DNA of 64,000 nt from positions 11,594,001 to 11,658,000 of the forward strand of contig OX597843.1 of the NCBI GenBank assembly GCA_951406725.2, written 5' to 3'. Below the pieces are notes generated by a model. It worked only from the letters and a program-made list of their open reading frames with translations, had not been told where the DNA came from and ran no database searches. Of this stretch, positions 11,860 to 24,450 are shown piece after piece (the stretch's first letter is position 1; every line of letters starts with the position of its first letter). This stretch comes from Octopus vulgaris (lineage: Eukaryota). A program made the translations under genes and the position numbers.

Positions 11860-12500
11860 GTACCAGTCACATACCAAAGGCTAGATTTTTGGTTAAGTAC
11901 CAGTGATACACTGGAACGAGGTTTGTCAATTAAATTAAGTGCCAGTTAAAGACAGCAGGTGGGTAGGACTCATTTGCCAATTCAGTATCCGACATATTGA
12001 GATCAGGTTTCATTCAGTTAAGTACCAGTCATATACAGGGGGCAATGAGTTGTCAATTAAATTAAGTACATCGCATAAATACAGGGAAAAGGGTTAAGGG
12101 TCATCAGTAAAATACCAGCTATATACTGGATGTAGCATCCAATTACATTTAATACCAGTGATACACTGGGTAGAAGCTTGTCAAATTGAGTATCAGTCAC
12201 ATACTGAGGAGTGGAGTTAAGGGACATCAATTAAATTAAGTACCAGCTGTATACTGTGGATGTGATCCAGTGTCATTTAATACCAGCGATACATTGGGAA
12301 CTGGCTTGTCAATTAAGTACCAGTCATACAATGGTTAGGGTCCAACAATGAAATTAAATACCGGTCAGATACTGGGGTCAGAGATCATTCACCAATTAAA
12401 TAGTAATTACATACAGAGGTTAGGGGTCAAATTAAATATCAGTCATACACTAGGGATGTATTCCATCAATTAAATTAAATACCAGTGGTGTACTGGTAAT
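11860..12500 (+). repeat. Degenerate tandem repeat of AATTAAGTACCAGTCANATACTGG, roughly 55-60-bp spacing
   Basis: About a dozen imperfect motif copies are visible. Confidence 0.65.
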
Positions 12501-12929
12501 TGTAGTTTAGCTTCAAGTCAGCTATGATCGAACAGACAAACCTATGGTGGTCAATACACTCCAACTGTGACCATCCCATTTGATTAGCCTTTTTTTTTCC
12601 TCAGACATTGTACATTTGGACCACAATATCCAATGCAACCTTTCCTTTTTAATTTTTGGAAAAGCGGAGTTGAGACACGAAGGCTGTTTGGCTGCTATAT
12701 CTAGCTTGTTGATTATCTATACTGATAGTATTGTAGTTCTTTTATTCTTTTACTTGTTTCAATCATTTGACTGCGGCCATGCTGGAGCACCGCCTTTAGT
12801 CGAGCAAATCAACCCTGGGACTTATTCTATCGGTCTCTTTTGCCGAACCGCTAAGTTACGGGGACGTAAACACACCAGCATCGGTTGTCAAGCAATGCTA
12901 GGGGGACAAACACAGACACACAAACACAT

Positions 12930-12962
<33 letters not shown>

Positions 12963-13937
12963 CGACAGGCTTCTTTCAGTTTCCATCAACCAAATCCACT
13001 CACAAGGCATTGGTTGGCCCGAGGCTATAGCAGAAGACACTTGCCCAAGATGCCACGCAGTGGGAATGAACCCAAAACCACGTGGTTGGTAAGCAAGCTA
13101 CTAACCACATAGCCACTCCTGTGCCTATATATTTATTTGTATATTTTTCTCAAACATTTATTTCTTAAGAAAATGTAAAAATTCGCATAACTCCTAATTG
13201 AAGGAGCACCCAATCAATCAATCAATCAATCAATCAATCTAACCTTCACAAAGACATTCTGGTCACGACCACTCCACAGCACTAACACACGATCTCTCTC
13301 TCTTCCTTTCTTCCTTGAACTAACCACTTTACAGTATTTTAGTGTAATAACTATTGTGGTCCCCCTACCTCAAGTTGTTAACATTTCTCTCTATTTATTC
13401 TCACTTTTCGCCTTTCCCTTCAGCTAACACATTCGTCCCTTCAGCATATTAACACATAGATGCTGTTTAGCCCCAGACCAACCTTAATTGAGAAGGCTTA
13501 TGATCAAAGACATTCTGGTCACGACCACATTATCCAATGTGTCTTTTTCTTACTTCAAAGCAGTAAGGTATGATTTGAGGAAGATTTGGCTACAATTTCT
13601 TGCTTAGTGACTCATAAATGCAACTGGTGGTGGTGCAGATGTAGTTATTGCTGTTGTTGTTGTTATGATGATGTAGCTGATGTTGATTAGCCCCAGGTCA
13701 AAAATATTCCAGCCATGACCTCACTGTCCGGATAACACTATTCAATGTCCTTTTTTTTTTTTTCATTTAATCATAAATACAGCAGGGTGTGAGATAAAGG
13801 AGATTTGGCTGCAATTTCTAACGGGGCAAACAGTCCCCTTATTGGATTGCTGCAAGTTGCTCCAGAGATACTGACTTTACTGCAATCCCTTTCACACACA
13901 CAGACACACACACACCAACGACAAGCCAACCAGCCAA

Positions 13938-14802
13938 TCACACGGTCTGTTGCACGCACTGCGGACACGCCAAAGGTACCGTTGCAAGTTTGCTGTAGCA
14001 GTCAGCGAGGAGTGCAGCCGTGCGCGGAAGACGTTTATCCTTGGCCACAGCGTGGCCCAAGTTGACCAGCACGTCGTTCTTGAAAGACGGCTCCAAGAAG
14101 TGGTGGCCACATGTGAACGCGACGACTTTCAGCGACTCCGCCACCGCCTGCTTCGTCGTCGCGGCAACCGCTCCGCCGCCACCCCCACCACCACTCTTGC
14201 TGCTGTAGACGCTGCTGTTGCTGCTGCTGCTCTCCGTGGTGGGGCTGTAATTGTGCGAAAGGCGCCGCGCCTTCATCATCGCAGCCGCGTTGCTGCTGCT
14301 GCTGTTGCTACTGCTGCTGTCATCATTACAGCTGCTGTTGCTGCTGCTGTTCCCTCCAGATATTGAAAGGGGCCCAGAGAGGGCCAACAGGTGTTGGATG
14401 TGTGGCTGAGACAGGGTCACATAGCTGTGTGTGTCGGACATCTTGCAGACATTTCGCACGATGTCGGCCCAAAGTCGGGCGTACGGCACCGACTTGTCAG
14501 TGCCCGCAATGCCCAGGGGCGTCGAAGTTTGGTTGTAATTGCTAAAGCACTGAACCATCTGCTTGACGACGGATACCATTTTGTGCCGCACTGACTGAGA
14601 GCTCTTCCAGACACCCTGCTGCAGTGGTGGTTGTTGTTGTTGTTGCTGTATGTCTGTGTTGATTTGTTCTATGATGTTAGCTACGATCTTGAGAAGGTAA
14701 GCAGGGGTGAAGAGCTGACGGAAGGCCGAAGGAGTTGGGCCCATGGCGGCACTGCTGACAGCTGCTATTGTCGTTGATTGGTCAGCACTCACGCCATCTT
14801 CC
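13938..14802 (-). CDS. RCC1/Claret-like gene terminal coding exon (EDGVSADQ...FTCGHHF...LACPQCVQQTV*)
   Basis: ctattgtag acceptor, phase 2; 865 nt to TGA; GC-rich, with poly-Q, poly-S and poly-G runs; corresponds to ORF 13938..14909. Confidence 0.9.
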
Positions 14803-14924
14803 CTACAATAGAAAGAATGAGTGAAATGCGTGTAGACTTGTGAGTGGAGGCTTGCATGCACAAACCTATGAGTGCAGGATACTAAAGACAAGCTGGTGAG
14901 TGCAGACAAACAGGTGGACTGATT

Positions 14925-16210
14925 AATACAGGGTCATGAGTGCAGGCTAATGAGTGCAGGCTAACAAGGACAGACTGAGTGCAGGCTAAGAAGGAGAGAC
15001 AATGAGTGCAGGCTAACAAGGAGAGACAATGAGTGCAGGCTAACAAGGAGAGACAATGAGTGCAGGCTAACAAGGAGAGACAATGAGTGCAGGCTAACAA
15101 GGAGAGACAATGAGTGCAGGCTAACAAGGAGAGACAATGAGTGCAGGCTAACAAGGAGAGACAATGAGTGCAGGCAAACAAGGACTGACTGAGTGCAGGC
15201 TAATAAGCAGAGACTGAGTGCAGATTAACAAAGAGATACATTGAGTGCAGGCCAACAAGCAAAAGCAGCAAGCAACACAGATTTAAGAGAGCAATCTAAT
15301 GAGTGTAAAGTAATGAGTGCAGGCTAATGAGCTTAGGATAACAAGCATAGGCTAATTTATGCAAGTTAACAAACACAGGTTAATGAGTGCAAGCTAAAGA
15401 GCACAAGTCAACACGTGCAAGCTAACGAACATAACATGCATGCTAATGAGCACAGGTTAACGAGTGCAAGCTAACAAGCACAAGTTACCAAGCGCAAGCT
15501 AACGAGTGCAAGCTAACGAGCGCGAGCTAACGAGCGCAAGCTAACGAGCGCAAGTTAACAAGTGCAAGCTAACAAGTACAGTTTAATGAGTGCAAGCTAA
15601 TGAGTTCAAGCTAACGAGCACAGTTTAACGAGTGCAAGCTAACAAGCATAGTTTAACGAGTGCAAGCTAGCGAGCTCAAGCTAACGAGCGCAAGCTAATG
15701 AACGCAAGCTAACAAGCACAAGTTAACAAGTGCAAGCTAATGAGCGCAAGCTAACAAGCGCAAGTTAACAAGTGCAAGCTAATGAGCGCAAGCTAACAAG
15801 CGCAAGCTAACGAGCGCAAGCTAACGAACGCAAGCTAACGAGCGCAAGCTAACGAGCGCAAGCTAACAAACGCAAGCTAACGAGCGCAAGCTAACGAGCG
15901 CAAGCTAACGAGCGCAAGCTAACAAACGCAAGCTAACGAACGCAAGCTAACAAACGCAAGCTAACAAACGCAAGCTAACGAGCGCAAGCTAACGAACGCA
16001 AGCTAACTAGCGCAAGCTAACGAGCGCAAGCTAACGAGCACAAGCTAACAAGCAGTTTAATGACCACAAGCTAACGAGCACAAGCTAACGAGCGCAAGCT
16101 AACATGTGCAAGCTAACGAACGCAAGCTAACGAGTGCAAGGTAACGAGCGCAGGGTAATGAGTACAGGGTAACGAGTACAGGGTAACAAACATAGGCTAA
16201 TGAGTACAAG
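14925..16210. repeat. Minisatellite block: 27-bp unit grading into a 14-bp unit
   Basis: GAGTGCAGGCTAACAAGGAGAGACAAT at about 14975-15180; CAAGCTAACGAGCG at about 15490-16140. Confidence 0.92.
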
Positions 16211-16333
16211 CAAGTCAGCAGAGAACAGATCATGTTAGAGTTAGCTACTAATTGTAAACATGCAATTTCAGATTTACTAACGAAGCAAATGGCCGATTTA
16301 GTAGAGGTGAGTGAAAGTGCAAGAAGTTCTTAC

Positions 16334-16440
16334 CTTAGCAGCAGAAGACCAAGATTGGGAGCAAAATCATCAAAATATTGGTCAAAGAACCTTTCTAAGG
16401 CATCGGATGGCAAAGAGTGTCTCCTCCAGAAGGTCAGTAT
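16334..16440 (-). CDS. RCC1/Claret-like gene exon (ILTFWRRHSLPSDALERFFD...LGLLLL)
   Basis: ctattcgacag acceptor, AG|GTAAG donor; 107 nt, phase 0/2. Confidence 0.88.
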
Positions 16441-17289
16441 CTGTCGAATAGAGGTCATTCAGGGCTTAACATAATGTCAGAGATTAATAATGGTATTATT
16501 CTTTTGTTTTTTCACTGGTTTCAGTCATTCAACTGTGGCCATGCCAGAGCAGCACCTTTAAGGGTTTTAGTCAAACAAATCGACGCCAGGACTTAAAGCC
16601 TTGTATTTATTCTATTGGTCTGTTTTGCCAAACTGCTAAGTTGTGGAGACATGAACAAACCAACACCAGATGTCAAGCAGTGATGGAGGGAACAATCATT
16701 CATCATCATTGTTCGACCGTGGTCGAGACAATGGAATTTACCATGTTGCGCCAGACTTCACGGTCCATCATAGCATTACGGAGGTCCTGTTGCTGGATGC
16801 CTGTATCCCTGGAGATTACATCAGGGTAGGAGAGTGTGCGCCAGACACAATGAAACACATACACACGCACATATTACATACATCATCATCATCATCATCG
16901 TTTAACGTCCATTTTCCATGCTAGCATGGGTTGGACGTTTTCAACTGGGGTCTGGGAAGCCATACATATATATGATGGGCTTCTTTCAGTTTCCGTCTTC
17001 CAAATCCACTCACAAGGCCCTGGTCCTCCCAAGGCTACAGCAGACATTTAACCAAGGTGCCATGCAGTGGGACTGAACCCGGAACCATGTGGTTGGGAAG
17101 CAAAATTCTTATAACACAGCCACGCCTATATATATATACACACACACACACACAAAAGGCTTCTCTCAGTTTGATCGGCCTGAGGCTATAGTAGAAGACA
17201 ATAGCGCAAGTGCCACGCAGTGGGACTGAACCCGGAACCATGTGGTTGGGAAGGAAGCTTCTTACCACACAGTCACACCTATACCTATA

Positions 17290-17675
17290 TCTCTCTCTAT
17301 ATAAATGGCAGTTTGTCTGTGCGTGTTTCTGTGTGTCTGTTTTCTCGTACCCTCACTCTGACCACGGCTTTCAACCGATTCTGATGAAACTTGACACACA
17401 CATAGCCCAATGTCATAATTCAAAACTAACGCAGCGAAAATTTTGAAAAGTTCCCCCAGTTCTGAAAAAAATCGATAAATTCGACATGGGGTCGAGAATT
17501 AGAAACCCAAACCACAGACCGTCTAGGGGACGCAACTCCACCTTTTTTAACTCTCAAAAAAAATTTACCATCATTTTTTTTCCCATTTTTTTGCTATTTT
17601 TTGGCTATAACTCTCTAAAAATGCTTTATAGTTATTTCCCTTACAAACCTGAGCAACGCCGGGCGATACTGCTAG
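17290..17675 (+). mobile_element. Non-autonomous Helitron, related subfamily
   Basis: A|TC...CCTGAGCAACGCCGGGCGATACTGCTAG|T. Confidence 0.8.
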
Positions 17676-17800
17676 TATATATATATATATATATAATCAA
17701 AAGGGTAATAATATAGATTACTACCAGTGGCCCAGCACAAAGGTCGAATTAGTCATTAGACAAAATATTATTCATATAGAAAAATATCATTCATGTAGAA

Positions 17801-17926
17801 ATATAATTAAGGGCTCCTAAATAAGGATGCCAAGTGCTAGGGACACAAAAAATTTATCCCTTTTTGGGGATAAATTTATCCCTTTTTTGTGTCCCTAGCA
17901 CTTGGCATCCTTATTTAGGAGCCCTT

Positions 17927-17934
<8 letters not shown>
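17801..17934. repeat. Inverted repeat with 52-bp arms and a nested small hairpin, abutting (TA)n
   Basis: 17801-17852 is the reverse complement of 17883-17934. Confidence 0.9.
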
Positions 17935-17977
<43 letters not shown>

Positions 17978-18125
17978 CGCTTTTTACTCCCAAGGCTTTG
18001 GTCAGTCCAAGGCTATAGTAGAAGACACTTGCCCAAGGTGCCAAGCAGTGGGACTGAACCCAGAACCATGTGGTTGGTAAGCAAGCTACTTACCACACAA
18101 CCACACATTCAGGAATAGAAAAAGT

Positions 18126-18226
18126 CTTTTACGTTTCGAGCTTATGCTCTTCTAGAGAAAGGGACACAGAAAAAACAAGGAGAGAAAAAAATGTGTGTAG
18201 TGGCTAACGATCTATCATGGTGACTG

Positions 18227-18272
<46 letters not shown>

Positions 18273-18407
18273 CGGGAAGCTTTATGAAAATAGACAAAAG
18301 ACGAAGGCAGGTGGAAAACAAACAAACAATTGTATTAGTATGGCGCTCAGGAAATATAAATAAAACAAGTCTTTAACGTTTCGAGCCTACGCTCTTCAAC
18401 AGAAAGA
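18126..18407 (-). ncRNA. Two tandem minimal hammerhead-like motifs (18126-18161, 18370-18407) in Penelope-like repeats
   Basis: CUUU-CUCUAGA-A-GAGC/AUAA/GCUC-GAAACGU-A-AAAG and UCUUU-CUGUUGA-A-GAGC/GUAG/GCUC-GAAACGU-U-AAAGA; stems intact, cores non-canonical. Confidence 0.55.
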
Positions 18408-19280
18408 TACACAGAGAGAAAAAAAACACAGAAAGAAGGAGAGAAAAAAATGCGTGCAGTAACTAACGAATCAACATGGCGATCTGATTTCGGCCAGAGG
18501 TCAAAGATCAAACATGAGACGCGAGAGCGAAATAAGGGGAGATAATAGGGTTGATAATAGGGTTGAATGACCCTAGGATAGGTCTGGACAGGCGTATATG
18601 AAATGAATGTAAAAAAAGTGGTAATATATGAGAAAATAAAAATACAACAAACGGGACAGTTTGTGCGAACAAGTTCAAGGTTGAAAGTTCAAGGTGAGAA
18701 ATGTGTAGACGTCGTGGTATATTTTTTAAGGATTTCACATCAATGCAAAGTCACTTTGATCCGCGAAAGAGAGGTGCAGCCAATGGTAAGTCATCGTCAA
18801 CTTATGACCACAATTGGTTCTGACTGTCTGGTCATAAGCCAGCCTATAGGCTTACACATAGCTGTGTTTCATATTTTTACATTCTTAAGGTAGATTCTCA
18901 GGTAAAAGTCACACACAGTATTCTGTATTATGCTATTATACTGGTGTTAGTCAAAAATTTTGGAGTCTTAAGCAGTCATTTTATAAACAAATACGAAGTT
19001 GGCTCGGTGTATCTACGACAGGATAGTCATCCAACACAGTGGCGCTCGATAACCAAACCTATGGTTGTGCAGAGAACTGGCAAGAAACACCACCAAATGA
19101 AGGAGTCTTTTGCTTCTAAAGACCGTACAATGCATTGAAACATTTCAAGAACCATGAACTTACTATCATGGTACAGTACAAGCAAACAACACCATTTGAT
19201 TCCAGGGTCATTGTTCTATCGGTGGAAATATGTGTAGAACTGCAAACTCAAACACACAGAGAAAGAATGATGCGACTCAC

Positions 19281-19347
19281 CTGTAGTAAGGCAAACTGGA
19301 GACAACCATCTCTGTGGACAGATGACATTTCTTGGTTGAGGAGACGG
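19281..19347 (-). CDS. RCC1/Claret-like gene small exon (RLLNQEMSSVHRDGCLQFALLQ)
   Basis: cctattgcag acceptor, CAG|GTGAGT donor; 67 nt, phase 2/0. Confidence 0.85.
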
Positions 19348-20516
19348 CTGCAATAGGGAGTTTGACACATGAATGGTAAGTTGGGGTGTAAAGCATTGCT
19401 GTGGAGTGCTAGGACGTGATGTGAAATGGAGTCATGTGGTGTGGTGTGTGAATGGAGCAGCATGGAGTGCTGTGGAGCATTGCAGAAAAGAGTTGGCATG
19501 GACTGGAGTGTCATAGACAAGGAACAGGGTGGCACAGGGAGCAGAACAGAGTGGCACATGGAGCAGAACAGAGAAGCACATGGAGGACAGAGTGACATGT
19601 GGAGTTGGAGAAAGTGGTACATGAAGCAAAAGAAGGGCGTGTGGAGCAGAACAGGGTGGCACGCAGAACAAACGGGTTGCACAAGGAGCAGAATAGGGTG
19701 GCACATAGAGCAGAACAGAGAAGCACATGGAGGACAGAGTGACATGTGGAGTTGAAGAAAGTGGTACATGAAGCAAAAGAGGGGCATGTGGAGTAGAACA
19801 GGGTGGCACAACATGGTCCAGAGTGGAACATGGAGTGTTGAGTTGCGGAATGGAGTGGAATGCAAAGGAATAGATTATTGTGGTACAATGTGGAATTAAG
19901 TGGTATGAAGTGTTGTGGAGTGGTGTCACATGAAATGGTATGGAGTGGCATGGAACCATGTGAAGTGACATGGTGGGAAGTGGAGGTGGAGGCATTGGAG
20001 TGTGTTGGAATGGTATAGAGTAAAGTGCTGTGGGGTGGAATGAATGGAGTGGCTTATAAAGGGACATGGTTTACAGTAGTGCAGAGTGAGATGGGGGTGG
20101 AGGTGTGTGCTCCCCACCACAGCTAAGACACACACATACACAGACACACACACACACTACACCACACACTTCACACCACACACATGCTACCAAACACACT
20201 GTCAAATACACACTACCACCACCACCACACATTCCACACACTCCACGCATCACATACATTCCACCACATACACACACACAACTACCACCACACATTCCAC
20301 ACACTCCATGCATCACACACACCACCACACACACACCACCACACAAAGCCAAGACACACACACAACCACAAACACCAATTATATGCACACATGCATCTCA
20401 GCACACACAAAGACGCATGCACACTTCCAAAGAAACAGAAGTATACATGCGACACTGCATATAGACACGCAACACACACACACACACACAATACTGTATA
20501 TTGAATACATACATAC

Positions 20517-20617
20517 CTGATATAGAAGTCAAGAACTTGGATGGACAGGGGGAGTAGAAGGTCTTGCTCAAGGTTAACAACAGTTTCACTGATCAGCATC
20601 AAATGGAAGCCCAGAGC
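20517..20617 (-). CDS. RCC1/Claret-like gene exon (ALGFHLMLISE...VLDFYI)
   Basis: catttacag acceptor, AG|GTATGT donor; 101 nt, phase 0/2. Confidence 0.87.
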
Positions 20618-20682
20618 CTGTAAATGGATCATTCGCAGAGTGTTACCAAGGTAACAATGACATACATCTCTCTCTCTCTCTG

Positions 20683-20723
<41 letters not shown>

Positions 20724-21639
20724 CGTATGCCTATACGTATGTATGTCTTTTACTGGTTTCAGTCACTAGACTGTGGCCATCCAGGGGAACTGGATTTTAG
20801 CTGAACAAGTCAACCCCAATACTTGGCATCTTTTCATTACCTTTTGCTGAACTGCTAAGTGACAGGGACATAAACACACCAACACCAGTTGTTAAGTGGT
20901 GGTGGGACAAACACAGACACAAAAACATACACACACAGATATATATATATCTCAAAAAATGAATTGTTCACTTTGAAATGGGTATATTTTGGTGTCACGT
21001 CCATTTCAGTAATACCATTTTACGCACCCCCAACAATCAGAATATATGGTCATACCGCCTGACTGGCCCTCGTGCCGGTGGCACGCAAAAGCAACCACTA
21101 CACTCTCAGAGTGGTTGGCGTTAGGAAGGGCATCCAGCTGTAGAAACTCTGCCAGATCAAACTGGGCCTGGTGCAGCCTTCTGGTTCGCCAGACCTCAGT
21201 CAAATCGCCCAACCCATGCTAGCATGGGAAGCAGACATTAAACAATGATGATGATTATTTATATATATATATGTATACACACACACAAAGTGCATATGTA
21301 TGATGTACAGAAATATATATATATATATACATATATGTATACATACACACATATGCAACTATATATGTACACATAGTCACATACAAGTGAACATATATAC
21401 CCACAAACACACAATGGACTTCTTTCAGTTTCCGTCTACCAAATCCACTCACAAGGCTTTGGTCAACCCAAGGCTATGTTAGAAGACACTTGCCCATGGT
21501 GCCATGCAGTGGTGGGGACTGAACTCAGAACCATACGGCTGGGTTGTGAAACAAACTCTTTAACCACACGGCCACGCCTGCACCGATACAGCCATCTGCA
21601 CACACACACACACAGACCTGTTGCTGGCTCCTAACTGAC

Positions 21640-21747
21640 CTGAGAGAACTGCTTCATGTGTAAAGTGATAGTGATGGCCATCTTCCAGTCAGCCTGATGG
21701 AGACATTTCTGTAGCAACTTCAGTGGTGGACACCAATCTGGAATGTA
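21640..21747 (-). CDS. RCC1/Claret-like gene exon (YIPDWCPPLKLLQKC...MKQFSQ)
   Basis: ttatttcag acceptor, CAG|GTCAGT donor; 108 nt, phase 0/0. Confidence 0.87.
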
Positions 21748-22184
21748 CTGAAATAACAAAAAAACAGATAAAAGTGGTAATGATGGTGGTGGTGGTGGTG
21801 GTGCTGATGTTAGTAGTGGTAGTAATGGCGGAGGTGGCAATGGTGGTAGTTGTGGTGGTTATGATTGTGGCAGGTTCAATTCTGGTGCTTGTGGTCATGG
21901 TGTCAGTGGTCATCATCATCATTGCAGTGTTGGTAGTTGCAGTGATGGTGGTAGTAGTCGTAGTGGTGGTGTCATTACCACTGCCATGGTTGTGATGAAA
22001 ATTGTAGAGGTGGTCAAGATTGCAGTGGTCATCGTCGTCGTCATCATAGCAGTGGTAACTGTTGTAGTAGTTGCACTGACACTGGTAGTGGTGGTCATGG
22101 CTGTAGTGGTTGTTGGGGTGGTGGTTGTTATCGCACTTGTCATGGTTGGGATAAAGATTGTGGTGGTAGTGAAGATTGCGGTGA

Positions 22185-23270
22185 TCCAGGGGCCAAGAAT
22201 GCCAGAGGTCTCCACTGCCACAGGCTCAACCAATACCTTAATCTCCGCCCCAATAACAATGAGCAGGGATATGGTCCAGGGGCCAAGAATGCCAGAGGTC
22301 TCCACTGCCACAGGCTCAACCAATACCTTAATCTCTGCCCCAATAGGGATATGGTCCAGGGGCCGAGAATATCGGAGGTCTCCACTGCCATAGGCTCGAC
22401 AATAAACCTGTCAGGGAGCAACCGCTATCTTAATCTCTGCCACAGGGGCCAATGATGCCAAAGGTCTCCACTGCCATAGGTTCAACCATAAACCTGTTGG
22501 GGAGCAACCGCTATCTTAATCTCTGCCCCAGGGACCAATGATGCCAAAGGTCTCCACTGCCATAGGTTCAACCATAAACCTGTCAGGGAGCAACCGATAT
22601 CTGAATCTCTGCCCCAGGGGCCAAGGATGCCGGTGGTCTCCACTGCATAGGTTCAACCATAAACCTGTCAGGGAGCGACCGATATCAATCTCTGCCCCAG
22701 GGGCCAAGGATGCCAGAGGTCTCCACTGCCATAGGTTCAACCATAAACCTGTTGGGGAGCAACCGCTATCTTAATCTCTGCCCCAGGGGCCAAGGATGCC
22801 AGAGGTCTCCACTGCCATAGGTTCAACCATAAACCTGTTGGGGAGCAACCGCTATCTTAATCTCTGCCCCAGGGGCCAAGGATGCCAGAGGTCTCCACTG
22901 CCATAGGTTCAACCATAAACCTGTCAGGGAGCGACCGATATCTGAATCTCTGCCCCAGGGGCCAAGGATGCCAGAGGTCTCCACTGCCATAGGTTCAACC
23001 ATAAACCTGTTGGGGAGCAACCGCTATCTTAATCTCTGCCCCAGGGGCCAAGGATGCCAGAGGTCTCCACTGCCATAGGTTCAACCATAAACCTGTTGGG
23101 GAGCAACCGCTATCTTAATCTCTGCCCCAGGGGCCAAGGATGCCAGAGGTCTCCACTGCCATAGGTTCAACCATAAACCTGTTGGGGAGCAACCGCTATC
23201 TTAATCTCTGCCCCAGGGGCCAAGAATGCCAGAGGTCCCCACTGCCATAGACTCGACCATAAACTTGTCT
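22185..23270 (-). repeat. 86-bp tandem array (about 13 copies) derived from a CRE-like retrotransposon RLE domain
   Basis: GGTCTCCACTGCC recurs at 22463, 22549, 22635, 22804, 22890 and onward; minus strand reads RFMVEPMAVETSGILGP. Confidence 0.85.
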
Positions 23271-23315
23271 GAGAAGATGTGAAGGTAAGAAAAAGAGAAA
23301 AAAGCGAAAACTTAC

Positions 23316-23417
23316 CCGCAGTAATACCGGCACCACCTGTCTCCCATACCTGAGTAGTCCAACGGAGGACAGGTCTGGGATCTTAATTTGGGACATTTGG
23401 TAAAAGTCTTCAGAATC
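23316..23417 (-). CDS. RCC1/Claret-like gene exon (DSEDFYQMSQIKIPDL...VPVLLR)
   Basis: ttgttttcag acceptor, CGG|GTAAGT donor; 102 nt, phase 0/0. Confidence 0.87.
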
Positions 23418-24450
23418 CTGAAAACAATAAAATAGTCAATGTAATTACAGTATTACAACTACAACCACACCATGCAAAAACATACCACTAAGCTACTACA
23501 ACCAACACGCTATTCTTGCCAGTACTAGCAGCCGCACTACTAAATTCTACACCACTACAGCCACGATTTTCACAGTGGCCACCAACCACCACACTAGCAC
23601 CTACACCACTGCTATGCTGCCACCACTGATAGCACTACAGCTACTACCAGCTCTACATACACCATACCACTACCCACCACCACCTGCACAACCACAGCCA
23701 CTACACCACAACATCTGCAACACCAGTGCTACATCACCACTGATACCTCTACAGCTACTAACACTACTACCTCTACGTCTATCATACCACTACCACACCA
23801 CTACAGCAACAGCCACTTCACCATAATAGTTACGAACACCACTATACTAGCACCCACACCACTGCAATGTCACCACTGATATCACTACAGCTACTACTAC
23901 CTCTACGTCCATCATACCACTACCACACCACTACAGCAACTGCCACTTCACCATAATAGTTACGAACACCACTATACTAGCACCCACACCACTGCAATGT
24001 CACCACTGATATCACTACAGCTACTAACACTACTACCTCTACGTCTATCATACCACTACCAACCACTACAGCAACTGCCACTTCACCATAATAGTTACGA
24101 ACGCCACTATACTAGCACCCACACCACTGCAATGTCACCACTGATATCACTACAGCTACTACTACCTCTACATCCTTCATACCACTACCACAAAAGTTAC
24201 CAACATTGCCATACTAGCACTCACACCACTGCATCTACCATACCACTGCTGTGCCATCACTGATACACTACCACCTCTACCACACCATCACCCATACAAC
24301 TAGTGTCATTGCCAACACACCACAAGTCACCTTCACCACCCACACTATTGCAGCCAAAGCAAAACCACCACAGCCACCATTCCAATTGTGACCACCACCA
24401 CCACCACTCACACGCTACCACATCCACAATAAATTGTTAGGTCAACTTAC

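Noticed and set aside
12580-13112. Recurring short ORFs (FQSFDCGHAGAPP, EDTCPRCHAVGLNPEPCGW)
   Set aside because: Incidental translations of the CORE-type SINE, repeated across the window.
13130-13400. Poly(A) signal of the minus-strand gene
   Set aside because: Several AATAAA matches exist (near 13132, 13157, 13394) in AT-rich DNA; none can be chosen without transcript data.
13805-14594. Plus-strand ORFs overlapping the terminal exon
   Set aside because: Antisense shadows of a GC-rich coding exon with no independent motif.
19248-20632. Cluster of 100-210-aa ORFs
   Set aside because: Apart from the two small true exons, they come from a degenerate purine-rich duplication and (CA)-rich low-complexity sequence.
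22185-23270. CRISPR-like array (also considered for 41262-42160, 57378-58714 and 60208-61172)
   Set aside because: Units are contiguous with no unique spacers, derive from eukaryotic transposons, and there are no cas genes.
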